NCBI RefSeq assembly: GCF_009914755.1
Contig: NC_060943.1
Reading direction: 5' to 3' (one strand)
DNA from: the human T2T-CHM13v2.0 reference genome, Homo sapiens
Length of the DNA: 64,000 nucleotides
How positions within the stretch are numbered: position 1 is the stretch's first letter; the number at the start of each line of letters is the position of its first letter. Position numbers and translations under genes: made by a program. Below, in pieces: positions 1 through 16,300 of this stretch. Under the pieces are notes generated by a model that was not told the DNA's origin, made no database searches, and saw nothing but the letters and a program-made list of their open reading frames with translations.

Positions 1-284
1 GGATTATATGAGTATGTCTATGTAAATATTTATGTATAAAAGAAATGTTCCCCAAAAGATCATTTTCAATCTCTTAACATATACTAATGATGCAAGTATA
101 GAATTACTTCCAAGCTCCTTTGCACAACAGAATTTCAGAATGGAACATAGCCATTCAATATTGTTTATATAAGCATAAAAATACCTTCACCTTCAGTAGC
201 ATAGGCCTCAGAAATAAGCTGACAGCAAAGCCATGTTATACATGCTGCTTTGATGAAGCTGCAGTTGTTATTTGAATAATTTCT

Positions 285-775
285 TGATTGGATCTACCTG
301 TGCAAAACTAATTGGATTATTGGAATAAACTAAGCTGAGCTAATTGGCTAATTGGATATTCCTGAACTGAGCTAATTGGCTGATTGAAATCACAAGGTTT
401 CAGCTAATTGGCTGATTGGATTTACTAGAACTTAGCTAATTTCCTTATTAAAATCACATGAGCTAACTTTCAGGTTAGAATAACCTAGGCTAAGCTAATC
501 AGCCCATTAGATTCACCTGGGCTGATCTCATGGGCTGATTGAAATTGCCAGGGCTGAACTAATTGGCTGTTTGGAATCACCTGGGCTGAGCTAATTTACT
601 GATTGGAATTGCCTGGGCTGAGCTGATTGGCTAAATAGAATCAGTTGGGCTGAGATAATTGGCTAATGGAAATGACCTGGGCTCAGCTAATTGGCTAATT
701 GGAAACACTCGGGTTGAGCTCATCAACCGATTACATTTACCTGGGCTGAGAAAATTGGCTGATTGTATTCATCTA
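285..775. repeat. 32-bp minisatellite, ~15 diverged units, consensus CTGGGCTGAGCTAATTGGCTGATTGGAATCAC
   Basis: (G/C)AGCTAATTGG starts at 337, 369 and 401 (32-bp period) and continues to ~775. Versions of 2-3 units occur at ~1838-1900, ~3552-3615 and ~5032-5128. Confidence 0.85.
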
Positions 776-906
776 TCTTGAGGGGCATGAGTAGGGACAT
801 AACCTCTGACTTACTTTTCATTTGTGAGTTTCTTACAAAACATAGTCACAAATGAACATTACATACACGTATTTCTATGACCTTGTGTCTTTGTATATGT
901 TTATCT

Positions 907-1190
907 TTTTATTTTTGAGACTGTCTTGCTTTGTCCCCCATGGTGGAATGCAGTGGTGTGATCACGACTCAATGCAACTTTTTCCTCCCAGGTTCAAGTG
1001 ATTCTCGTGCCTCATGAGTAGCTGGGATTACAGGTGTGCACCACCATGCCTGGCTAATATTTGTATTTTTAGTAGAGATGGGGTTTTGCCATGTGTTCAG
1101 GCTACGGTCTTGAACTCCTGGCCCCAAGTGATCAACTCGCCTTGGCCTCCCAATGTGCTGGAATTACAGACGTGAGCCAGTGAACCTGGA
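907..1190 (-). mobile_element. Alu (older S/J type)
   Basis: Antisense Alu body; TSD TGT(A/G)TATGTTTATCT at 892-906 and 1191-1205. Confidence 0.9.
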
Positions 1191-2185
1191 TGTGTATGTT
1201 TATCTATCTACATACATTATATCTGTATTTAAATGTACAGAAAAAAAGTGTCCAAAAAAACCCTGAAGTTTGCTTTCAGTATAGCAGTCTATAGTCAAGT
1301 CCCAGACCTCGTGTTTTATTTTCTTACCCAAAATGTCACTAAGTAAGATTTTGCATTTATGGAAGTTTTTCTTTACATTGCTATAAATGCAAATACTTAT
1401 TTATCCTTTGACCTCCTATATCTTTATTTTGTATGCAAATGGAAAAAATGATAGATCTGTATATAGATATACATGAGTAGATAAATATGAATATAGAATT
1501 ATATGAGCATGCCTATGTAAATATTTATATATATAAAAGATATTAATCAAAAGACATTTTAAATTCCCTAGCCTACACTGAAGATGCAGATGTAAACCTA
1601 CTCTAACCCATATGGATCCACACCATCTCAGACTGGAACACAGCCATACAATGTTATGTTTAAATATCAACAAAGCTTCACATTTAGGTGCATTGCCTGG
1701 GAGGTAAGTTTTCGGCAAAACCATGTTAGACTCTAGTTTCAGCTTAGCATTTCAGGGCCCTGCTTCCTTTCTCACTGTAAACCTATGTGATTCACATTTG
1801 CCATTTGGGGTCTGCCTGGATGCCTGCAACTTCCTAATTTAGCTAATTGACTTATATCAACCTGAGCTGATCTAAGCAGCTCATTAAACTCACCTTGGCT
1901 GCAGAAGCTGGAAAGAAAAATGACCTCTGACCTACTTTTATTCTGAGGCTTCCCTACAGGACATATGCAATAAAGATCATTACGTTGATATACCTATGTT
2001 ACCCATTTTCTGTGTATATGTTTATCTAGCCACCTATCTTATATCTATATCTATATGTACAAAAGACAGCCAACAAGAGTAGGTCAGAGGTGATATTTAT
2101 TTTTTTCCCATTCAGGCCAGGTAAATTCAATCAACCATTAGCTTAGTGAAGATTTATCAAATTCAAGCCATACAGCAAATCATGC

Positions 2186-2501
<316 letters not shown>

Positions 2502-3152
2502 TAAAAATGTCCTCATTACACAGCACCAGGGTGTTTTTAACTCGGTCTCATCAAACTGGCCCATGGGATTCTGTCCATCCAGCTAGAAACATTCAGACAT
2601 GCCTGACACCAGTGGGCCTAACCTTTTTCACAAAGGAGCTTTGGCCTGGCCAAAAAGAACCACCTTTGGTGGTTCAGTGCAGTGTCACTATCACCTATTT
2701 GAAATGTAGCCAGGTAACATGTACCATTATATTTGCTTTCAGTATCACAGTCTATCTTATAATAAGAAACCTAGGCTTTCTTTCCATTACCATAAAGAGC
2801 CTATTTTAGCCACAAAGACAAAAAGAAAAGTGTTTTCACATCGCACGCTCATGGAAATAAACAAGAGTCCCTGTCTTGATGAAAGTCTTAATGAGAAAGA
2901 ATAAACATTCTCAAATTTTGGTGAGAAACTTTGGACTGAGGCTGGTTCAACTTTGGCCGCATGTGCAACAGAAAGAGAAGGGTCAACATTGACATAGCAA
3001 TGAATGACTTCCATTGCCTTAGTGTATTTTTATCTCCCAGAAGCAAGAAACAAGAAAAAATCCTTCTTTAACAATATATGTTAAATGCAGCAGGATATTG
3101 GAGCATATTTTTATTTGTGTAATTCTCTAGATCTTGTTTAAAGGGCAGATAA

Positions 3153-3470
<318 letters not shown>

Positions 3471-3832
3471 CTTGCATTTCTTCTCAGTGTGTGCATGTTC
3501 TACTCACACCCACCATTTTGGTCCTGCCTTGATAAATCCAAAGTCGTTATTTAGATAATTGGCTGATTGGATCCACCTGGGTTCTGCGAATTGGCTTACT
3601 GAATTTACCTTGGCTTCAGGAGAATACGGAGATGACCTTTGACCTACTTTTTTCTGAGGCTTTCTTTGGAGACCTATACACAGATGAATATTATGTAGAC
3701 GTACCCATGTGACTTATTTTGTGAGTATATGTTTAGCCACCTATTTTATGTCTAATGTATATATGTACAGTAAGAAGCCAATAAAATAAAATTCATCAGA
3801 GGTGATTTCCATTATCTTTACCTACAGGTTAG

Positions 3833-4466
<634 letters not shown>

Positions 4467-4475
4467 TCTTGTTGC

Positions 4476-4925
<450 letters not shown>

Positions 4926-5324
4926 TTTAGGACCCCACTCTCATACTCACTGTATGTCTGTGTTATTCATATCAGCCATGTTGTGATGTGGCTTGACAAC
5001 ATCACAAAATGTGATGCTTTCACTTTTCCAACTTAGCTAATTGGCTGATCATATCTATCTGGGCTGAGAGGATTGGCTGATTGATTAACCTGGGTGGAGC
5101 TAATCAGCTTCTCGAATTCACCTGGTTTACAGTTGTGAAGGAAAATAACCTCAGACCTACTTTTTTCCTGAAGCTTTTTGCCAGACGTATGCATATATGG
5201 AGTTTGTATAAACATAACCAGGGGACCCATTCTGTATGTTTATCCACCAATCTTATACCTGTATCTATATGTATTAAAAAAGCCCCCAAGAAAAAAATAG
5301 GTCAGGACTCAACAAAAAATGGTA

Positions 5325-7368
5325 TACAGAAGGCAGAATTAGATCACAGCTTCCACTCAGACACACAGAGCAGCGTGTTGAGACTCGCATCATGAACTTT
5401 TCCTCCAGAACTACTGCAGAAATATACCAGAAAAGCCAAGAAAATCCACAAACCCTCTGAAAAAAGCAGATGCTCCTGCAGGGCCTGGGAGACTGCCCAA
5501 ATGCTGTGAATGCCCAAGCTGTGAAAGTAAGAAAGGGGGATTGTTTGCCACCAAACACACACTTTCACTGAAAAACCTGAAGGTCTAGATCACAGAAAAA
5601 GAATTTGACCTTACCTGGAGCCGAATCAATTTAGAGAGCTGAGCAAAATGCAGGAGTAGAAGCAGCAGCCAGAAAAGACCTGTGGGCTCTCTAGGTCCTC
5701 CAGAAAACCCAGTTCTGATCTATTTTACAGGGGTCATTGGGGAGGGATGCCAGAGGCACTGGGAAAAGGCCACAGGAAGAAGAAAACCTCCAGCTGAACT
5801 TTGTAACAATTCCAACTGGACACGAAGTCTCCTGGCCAGAACATGGGAAGGGTGTGAGTCCGGTGTGCACACATGACAGGCGGTAAGGTGTGAAAGTCCT
5901 GCTTACTTTCTCAGTTGGAAGGCTGGGAGCCTGTGGCAAGTTCTCAGCCCTACTTACCCACTGCCTGGAAACAGACTTGGTGCTGTTGGAGGTGGCACGG
6001 TGAGAGTAAGACAGACCTTTTGGGTTGTACGGAAGCTGGGTGAGGCCTGTAACTGCTGGCTTTCCCCCATTTCTCTGACTGACAACCTGAATGACACAGC
6101 AGAGGCAGCCATAATCCTCCTGGGAACATAACTTTGTTGACCTGAAAACCACACCCCCACTCCCCATAGCAGCCACAGCAAGCCCTGCCCAAGGAGAGTC
6201 TGAGCTCAGATATGCCTAACCCTGCCCCCACCTGATGGTCCTTCCCTACCCACCTTGGTAGCTGAAGACAAAGAGGGTATCCTCTTGGGAGTTATGGGGC
6301 CCTGCCCACTGCCTGATCCTCCTTTTATTACCACAGCTGATGCTGTTTTGAAAGCACCACCTTTTGTCAGGAGCACAAAAATAGTACATTAAACAACCAA
6401 AATTAAGAAACATCACAGAGTCCATTTTACTCCCCTGCCACCTCCACTGAAGCAGGTGCTGGTATCCATGGCTGAGAGACCTGCAGATGGTTCACATCAA
6501 AGGACTCTATGCAGACAAGCCCCAGTACCAGCCCTCAGCCTGGTAGTTCTTCTAAGTTGCTAGATCCAGAAAAGAAATAACAATCACTACAGTTCAGCTC
6601 TAAGAAAGCCACATCCCTAGGAAAAGTGGCAGAGTACTACATCAAGGCAACACCCTGTGGGACAAAAAAATCTGAACAGCAGTCTTGAGCCCCAGGTCTT
6701 GCCTCTGATATTGCCTACCAAAATGAGAAGACACCAGAAAAACAACTCTGGTAATAGGAGAAAACGAAGTTCTTTAACACCCTCCAAAAGTTACACTAGC
6801 TCACCAGGAATGAATTCAAACCAGGAAGAAATCCCTGATTTACGTGAAAAGGAATTCAGAAGGTTGATTATTAAGTTAATCAAGGAGGCACCAGAGAAAT
6901 GCGAAGTCCAATTTTAAAAAATTTGAAAAGATACAAGAAATGAGGGGAGAAATCTTCAGTGAAATAGATAGCATACAAAAAACAAATCACGACTTCGGGA
7001 AATAAAGGACACACTTAGAGAAATGCAAAATGTCCTGAAAAGTCTCAGCAATAAAATTAAACAAGCAGAACAAAGAACTTCAGAGCTCGAAGACAATGTT
7101 TTCAAATCAACCCAATCCAACAAAAACAAAGAAAAGATAATTTTAAAATAATAAAGCCTCCAAGAAGTTTGGGATTATGTTAAACAACCAAATCTGAGAA
7201 TAACTGGCTTTCCTGGAGAAGAAGAGAAATTTAAAAGTTTGGAAAATATTTTTGGTGTAATGATCAAGGAAAACTTTCTCAGCCTTGCTAGAGACCTAGA
7301 TGTCAAAATACGAGAAGCTCAAAGAACATCTGGGAAATTAATCACGATAGATCATTGCCTAGGCAAAT
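5325..7368 (+). mobile_element. Old primate L1 (L1PB/late-L1PA type), 5' UTR plus the N-terminal part of ORF1, 3'-truncated
   Basis: ORF1-like MRRHQKNNSGN...EKEFRRLIIKLIKEAPEK at ~6723. AGCCTCCAAGAAGTTTGGGATTATGT (SLQEVWDY) and ENF-like motifs at 7156-7300. Confidence 0.8.
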
Positions 7369-7697
7369 TGAGGTTTTTAGTTTTCTAGTAAATTAGCCAT
7401 TAAAATAATTTGTTTTGTTCTAATATTGTTGTATTCTTCTGAAAACAGGTACAAACCCATAGTTATACAAACACACTTACTGCATGTTTTTACACCTCAT
7501 GTTTGTCTTCAGAGTAATATATGTATATATTTAATCCTACTTAAATCAAAACTAAAAATCTGTAAATTTTTGCAGGCAGAGTGTCCACATGTTCAAAGAA
7601 AAATATGTAACAAGTTTTTAAAAATATTTAGGTCTCAGATATGTATGGATTTTATGTATACTTGTATATAATTTTTATTATGACCGTAAAATGACCC

Positions 7698-8240
<543 letters not shown>

Positions 8241-9363
8241 AAAACTTAACCTATGAGAACAATAGTCTCTCACTTATTTGCAGATTAAAGCCACTGAAAA
8301 AATAGATTACTAGAGATGTTATTCCACTATGTTACTAAATAATATACTGTTACCATGTTTTACCTACACCCTTGAGTAAGGTGGGATAGGTTAAAGTTAG
8401 TGGCATAATAACACTTCATTGAGTGCACAATAAAATTAACATGTTAAAAAATGTTACAAAATTAAGTTCACATATAATCTAAAAATTTTTAATATACCAT
8501 ATTTTATTACATATAAGCACAATTATAATGATATACTACTAATTTTATTTTTAATTTTAACTAAAATTTAAAAATGTTTTTCTCTCACTATAATGCACAA
8601 GAATATTACTTAGAAACCTACCTCATACACTACTTAATATTATAAGTCAACCACAAAAAGCCTCTTCACTTAGATTTTCATCATGCATCTTATATTTTAA
8701 TATCCTTATTCTTTTATGGAAAAGTTCATAAATAATGCCCACTTAATAAAAATAATCTCTCATATATCTGATGCAGCAATTGATCACATGCTTTCACATG
8801 TGAATACAATAGAAACAAAGAGCAGAAAATAATTTGAGAGTTCAATTGCATCATTATTTGCTTTTCAAAAAGTCTGTATTTTTTCAATAAAAAGTATACT
8901 TCCCATGTAATTATAACTCTACAAAAAATCTACTCCTTTTAAAGTTATATACAAAAAACTTATCTAACAATTTTAGTTTGGAATTATTTTCTATACTCAA
9001 CACTCTGATTTAGTGTAATGTCTGACATTTCAGTGCCTTATTATTACTACTGTATATTCTCTGGTACTGACATAGACTTAATTTTGGATAAAATACTCTA
9101 TATTTACTGTATTTACAAAAAAAATCTTAGTATACACTCTGATGTTTTCTAAGCTGTAGTTTTTTAAAAAATGGTTTTCCAAATTCATTAAATTTGCAGG
9201 GTATTTCTACAGTATAAATTTCCTGGTGTTGAATAAAGTTTGAGCAACTGCCGTAGGGTTTTCCTCTAGCACAAAATGTATACAACAAGATCTGTAATAG
9301 AATTAAAGGCACTAAAACCCTTTTTATATTTGTAATGTTCGTTCATGTTCAAAATTAATACAC

Positions 9364-9660
9364 TTTTTTTTTTTTTGAGGCAGAGTTTCGCTCTTGTTGC
9401 CAAGGCTGGAGTGCAGTGGCGTGATCTTGGCTCACCGCAACCTCCACCTCCTGGGTTCAAGCGATTGTACTGCTTCAGCCTCGCAAGTAGCTAGGATTAC
9501 AGGCATGCACCACCATGCCCGGCTAAGTTTTGTATTTTTAGTAGAGACAGGCTTTCTCCATGTTAGTCAGGCTGGTCTCGAACTCCCAAGCTCAGGTGAT
9601 CTGCCCGCCTCGGCCTCCCAAAGCACTGGGATTATAGGCATGAGCCACCGCACCCAGCCC
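9364..9660 (-). mobile_element. AluSp/Sq-like
   Basis: GAGTTTCGCTCTTGTTGCC signature; full length. Confidence 0.9.
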
Positions 9661-9854
9661 AAAATAAATACTATTAAAGGTTTATATATTCTGATAGATC
9701 TTTTGACAGTAATTGCATTGTTAATGCTTTAAGTATGAACTCCGTGATGTTGAGTAAGATGTGAGCAGATATGAATGGCTTTTCCACATTTTTTATATTA
9801 GTATAATTTTTCTCAAGAATAAATGCTTTCCTGTGCAATAAGATGTGAGCACTG

Positions 9855-10179
<325 letters not shown>

Positions 10180-10581
10180 TTAAACTTTTTGTCGTATTCT
10201 CCATACTTGAAGAAGTTTTCTCCAGTATAAATTATCTTACAATCAAGTGTGACAAGAATTTAAAGGCTTTGTCACATTACTCACACTTCTACTGTTTCTT
10301 ACTAGTATTTCTTTTATTTTTAGAAGTTTGAGGTGTTTTCAAAAACATTGTCACATCTTTCAGATTTGTAGAGTTTCTCTCCAGTATGGTTTGAGAACTT
10401 ATTAAAAGCTTTGCCATATTCTTCACATTTCTAGAATTTCTCTCCAATATGATGTATCCTATGTGTAATAAGGGTTCAAAAGTTAAAGCCTTTTTCACAT
10501 TCTTCGTATTCTTAGGCTTTATCTTCTGTATAAATTCTCTGATGTTCAGTAAGAGTTGAAGACCAATTAAAGACTTTGTTA

Positions 10582-10704
<123 letters not shown>

Positions 10705-11076
10705 TTATTATGTCTAGACTACAGAGCTCATGGTCAGATTAACCCATATATGAGCTCTCCCTGCCACATAAAGATGATCTTTACTGAAAAGGAACAAATT
10801 GTTCCTCAACTGAAAAAGGACATTACCCACAAAAAAAAGGTGTCCCAGAAGAAACTGAAGAAACACAAACTTATGGCCTGTGAGTAAATTCAGCATTAAA
10901 ATAAATGCAATTAAAAAAAGAATAACAACAAAAATATTTAAAATATCAATAAACCCTAGAAATTATGGAGGTAAAAATACAAAGTGAAATAACTGAAAAT
11001 TTTTAAAAGTAATAAAATGTGATGTAAAAATGAAGAAGCTCAACAAACAAACTAGGATGCACACAAAGATATTTCT

Positions 11077-11378
11077 TTCTTTTTTTTTTTTGAGACCCAG
11101 TTTTGCCCTTATTTTCCAGGCTGGAGTGCAGTGGTGCAATCTTGGCTCACCACAACGTCCGCCTCCTGGGTTAAAGCGATTCTCCTGCCTCAGCCTTCTT
11201 GAGTAGCTGGGATTACAGGCATGCACCACCACACCCGGCTAATTTTTATATATTTTTTTTAGCAGAGACGAGGTTTCTCCAGGTTGGTCAGCTGGTTTCA
11301 AACTCCCGACCTCAGATGATCAGCCCGCCTCACCTCCCAACGTGCTGGGATTACAGGTGTGACCCACTGCACCTGGCC
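11077..11378 (-). mobile_element. AluS-type element
   Basis: Full antisense Alu; TSD ACACAAAGATATTTCT at 11061-11076 and 11379-11394. Confidence 0.92.
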
Positions 11379-12087
11379 ACACAAAGATATTTCTAACAAA
11401 CATATATATATAGGCACAATTTTTAAAGTCACAGACAATTAGAGAATCTTGAGAGCTTCAAGGCAAAAGTGATGTGTCATTTAAAAGCATAGTCTAATGA
11501 GATAACCAGTAAATTTGTCGACAAAATTTTGCAGGTTAGGAGGAAACTGTGTGATGTAGTCAAAGTCCTAAAGAAAATAGTTGTCAAGTGAGAATAATGC
11601 TATCAGCAAAACTGTCCTAACAAATAAAAAGAAAAAGACCTTGCAAAGTAACCAAATTCGGAAAAAGTATATTGGCATTTCATATGCCCTACATATTAAA
11701 GATGCTGAAATGAGTTCCTTCCACTGAAAAGAACATGATGAAGGAGAACAACACATAATTTTATAAAAATACATAACTTTCTAAAAAACTTACACACATA
11801 CACAAAACAGAATTCCTTAGCATTATCAAAATGGTGGAAAAAGCACTTTTAGTGTCTAAAATTTGAAACATAAAAGCATAGAAATTATGGTAAACACCTG
11901 TTAATGAATATGCAACATAAAAAGATAATTAGCAACATTAATAACAAGGTTTAGGGCACATGTAATGAGGAAGAAATTTTACAGGCAACTAAAGTTAATT
12001 TTTTACCAGATTAAAATATATTGTTGTATCTTTTAAAGGTTTTATGTAATCTCCAAAGTACCATAGAAAAAACCTGTATAGACTACA

Positions 12088-12272
12088 GCCTGTAGCTGGT
12101 ACTACAGGCACATGCCACCCGCCCGGCTAATTTTTTTTTTTTTTCTGTATTTTTAGTAGAGACACGGTTTCACCATGTTAGCCAGGAAGGTCTCAATCTC
12201 CTGACCTCGTGATCCACCCACCTTGGCCTCCCAAAGTTCTGGGATTACAGATGTAAGCCACTGTGCCCTGCC
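12088..12272 (-). mobile_element. Partial Alu (left arm plus start of right arm)
   Basis: Starts abruptly at GTAGCTGGTACTACAGGC with no tail; deletion junction. Confidence 0.8.
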
Positions 12273-13339
12273 AACAATAATACAATAATAGATTTATGCA
12301 CTGGGAACCTATGACAAATTTGTACATAAGTTTGTGTGTGTGTGTATCTCATATTAGGGTTCTGAATATATAAAGCAAATATTGAAAGAATTGAAGAAAC
12401 ACATAGAGAGCAACATAATTATAGTGAGATATTTCTATACCTTGTGTTCAATAATAAAAATAAGACAAAGCAGAATATTAGTAAGGGAACATTAGATTTG
12501 CAGGCAGTATAAAACAATGATTCCTAAGAAAGGTATAGAGAATACTCCTCAACAGCATAGGACACACACCCTTTGCAGTAGCTCATAACATTCTCTTTGA
12601 TAGATCACCAGTTAGGTCAAAAAAGAAGTCTTAACACATTTTTAAAACTAAAATTGTGTGGATTACTTCTTATAACCAAAATTGAATAAGAATATATAAA
12701 CAACAGAAGAAACCTGAAAAATTCACAAATATCTACAAATTAAACAATACACTCTTGAGCATGCTCTTGGTGAAAAGTTGAAATAATTAATATTGTGAAG
12801 ATGTTTATACTGCCCAATGTAATCTACAGATTTAATGCAATGTTTTTAAAATTTCTCATTGCATTTTTAAAGAGACAAAAACAGCAAATGCAAAAGTATA
12901 TGAAATTGCAAGAGACAATAATGTACCAAAAAATATTTTTAAAAAAACAAATCGGAGGCATTACAGTTCCTGATTTCAAAAAACATTATAAAGCTAAAGA
13001 ATTAAAACAATTTGAATGAGTGTAAAGGTAAAAAAAAGTAGACTAATAAAATAAAATGCAACACATACATAAATTTTCACATATATGGTAATCTGAACAG
13101 TTATTTGCATACCCATAGTTATTGAAGCATTGTTATTGTAAGCCAATAGGCAAAAGCAATGCAAATTTCTGTCACCAAATCATTCAGTAGAGACAATTAG
13201 AAAGATAAATACATTGAAAATTCACTCAGTTTTCAAAAATAAGGAAATATTCTAACAAATATAAACAAATATAACAGATCTCTGTGACTATGTCTAGTTA
13301 GTTCTCAGGACCAGTTAAAAGCTTTGTTTTTTATAACAA

Positions 13340-16300
13340 ATCTCTGGCCCAGCACCCAGGTGATGTGACTCTCGTGCTTGCTACCTACACAAATGTGGAT
13401 TTGTTACATATATACTGTCCCATCTCACAAGTAATATGATGACTTTCATATCTTGAACCAGCCAGTTGCTGAGATACTGTCTCCCAAGGCTAGGCTTAGG
13501 GATATGGGTGTGATCGTGGGTCTCCTATTTTTCTGCAGGTCAGAGGGGATTACCACACTCTCACATATGGTATAAAGCCATTGAATTGTACACAATGTGT
13601 CACCACAGAGCCCAGCCTACAGGTGAAGTTGACTTGCACATATGCACAACCCATCAACCATTAAAATTGTAACCCTCACAGATGGATAGACCTCACTTGT
13701 GAATCTTACACATGGATGCAGTTCACAGTTGGATTTGTGACTGTCATATGTGAGCATCTGGCCAGATTTGTGATGGCGAAACATCTTTAAATGCAGCTTA
13801 TAAGAAGATGAGGGCTCTCCTATCTGGACCCAGAACATTGGAGAGATGTTGCCTCTCCTACCTAGGTTTAGGGACACAGATACAATCATAGGTTCATACC
13901 AGCAAGAAAGTCTCAGACTAGATTGTGACTCTCATTCAAACTGTATAAAGCCCTAGACCCAACACCTAGGTAATGTGAGTCTTCTCTTTTACCTGGGCCT
14001 CTCATATTTTGAGTATTGTGACATATTGCTAGGCCCAACACCTAGGGTATGGGAGGCTCTTGCCTAAAACTTACTCACAGAAAGCCTTGTGACATATCTC
14101 TGCATACATTACCTAGGAGATGACTTTCTCCTGCTTGCACCCTACCCATAGGAGAAATTGTGACATATTACTAGGAGCAGCACCCAGGTGATGTGACTTT
14201 CCTGCCTGGTCTCTGTCCTCAGGGAATGTTGAGAAATATCTCTAGATCCAAACCCACATGATGTGACTCTCCTGCATGCTTCCTATCCACAGGTGGAATT
14301 GTGACATATGTCTTTACTCAGGTAACAGATGTGATGATGACCCTCATTCCTCAAACCTGCCAATAAGAGAAATACTGTCTTTTGTAGGTAGACTTAGAAA
14401 AATGGGTAAGATCCTTGGGTCTCCTCTTTGTACAAAGATCATGGAGGTTTATCACTCTATTGCATGTACCATAAAGCACTCAGCTTGTACTGAGAGTGTC
14501 ACCACAGAGAACAGCACACAATTGAGGTTGTGCTTTACATATTTACACTGTGGCAGTCATTAAGATCATCACCCTCACACATAGACCGAGCCCACTGAGG
14601 AGGTCCTGAATCCCAAATGCAGACACAATCTACAGTTGCAATTGTGACAGAACATTCAGCCTCTGTTAAGATAGTGATTCATTCCTAAACCCAAATCATA
14701 GGTAGGTAAAGACTGTTCTATCTGGAACCCACCAATAGGAGAGATGTTGACCCTCATACCTGGGCTTAAAGCCACAGGTAAAAATCACAAATCCATACTA
14801 GTATGAAGGTTTCAGAATAGATTGTGACTCTCGTGCATACCACATAATACCCTTGTGTGGTACAGAGAGTGTCCTAACAGGGCCCAGGAGTCAGATGAGA
14901 TTGTAATACGTGTGTGCACATCCAGCTGATAGTAAAAATTGTCATCCTCCCACATGAACACAGCCCTCTTTTGAAGTTCTTAATTTCATACCCTGTGGCA
15001 GTGGAAAGTTGGAAAATTGACTATCATCCATGGATCCAATCCACAAGTGGGTTGGTTAATCTCAGACATTCAGCACACAGGTGAGGCTGTGAATCCTCAA
15101 AGAGGACACAGTTTGCAGGAGGGATTGAGGCTGTCATGTATGGACCCACTCTCTCATTGAGATTGCGTGACTCCTGTTTTTAGAGCCAACATACAGGAGG
15201 TGTTGACTCTCGTAAATAAAACCTAGACATGTTCAAGATTGTCAATCACATCCCTGGACCTTCCTAGGTGTGATTGTGACATAAGCCTCTGCCCGGGACC
15301 TTAATAATTTGACTCTCTTGCTTGGGGTCAGACAACAGATAAAAACATGACACATCCATGGACCCAGCACCTAGGTGATGTGACTTTATTCTTTTGCTGT
15401 GGCTCCACCCATAGAGAGCATTTTCACATATCAAAGTGCTCTGTAGACAGGTTATGTGACTCTTTTGCCTGTGTCCAGACAACATTGGCCACTGTGACAT
15501 ATTGCAGGGTCCAACACCCAAAGGAAGTAACTCTTATGACTGGGTTCTATCTACAGAGGGCACTGTTACATATTTCTGTGCTCATCACTCAGTTGATGTG
15601 ACTCTCCTCTTCTGCCTGGGCCATGCCTTCAGGAGAGTGGGAGATAGGGAGAGTGACTTATTGCTAGGCCCAGAACACAGGTGATGTAATACTTCTTCCT
15701 GGTCTCTTTCCACAGGAGTTACTATGATATATCATTAGGCCCATTACCTAGATGATGTGATACTCCTGTTTTTTTCTGCAACTTGTGCACAGTGTGGATT
15801 GTGAACTTGGCTTAGCACCTACATGGTGTGACTCTCTTCTCATGACTAGGTCTTATCACTGGGTTGGTTGTGACATAGAGCTGGGCCCAGTCACTAGGTT
15901 ATGTGACTCTCCTCTTTTTCCTGAGCCCTACCCACAAGAGGACATATTTCTGGGCCATTCATCTTGGTGATGTGAATCTACTTCCTGGGACCTCCCCTCA
16001 AGGGATATTATGAAATATTGCTGGACCCAGCACCTAGTGATATGACTCTCTGCTTTTGCGTGGGCACTGCATACATGTGTAATATATAGCTAGGTTAAAC
16101 ACCTGGGTGATGTGACTTTCCTGCATAAGCTCTGTTCACAGGAATGTTATCACATATCATTTTGTTCATCACCTAGGTGATGCGACTCTACTCTTTTCCT
16201 GAGCCCTGCAAAAAGGAGAGATTGTGACATATCACTGAACTGAGCACCTTGGTGATGTGACTATCCTCTCTTGCTCAAGTGTCACATATTATTGGTATTG

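Larger units (their letters stand above)
10900..13270 (+). mobile_element. Highly decayed L1M fragments from a ZNF intron; 11510-12080 is paralogous to 63165-63775
   Basis: ORF2-like ILPNVIYRFNA...GGITVPDFK at 12795-13019. TTTGCAGG.TAG.AG..AC.GTGTGAT.TAGTCAAAGT matches ZNF676 intron sequence. Confidence 0.65.
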
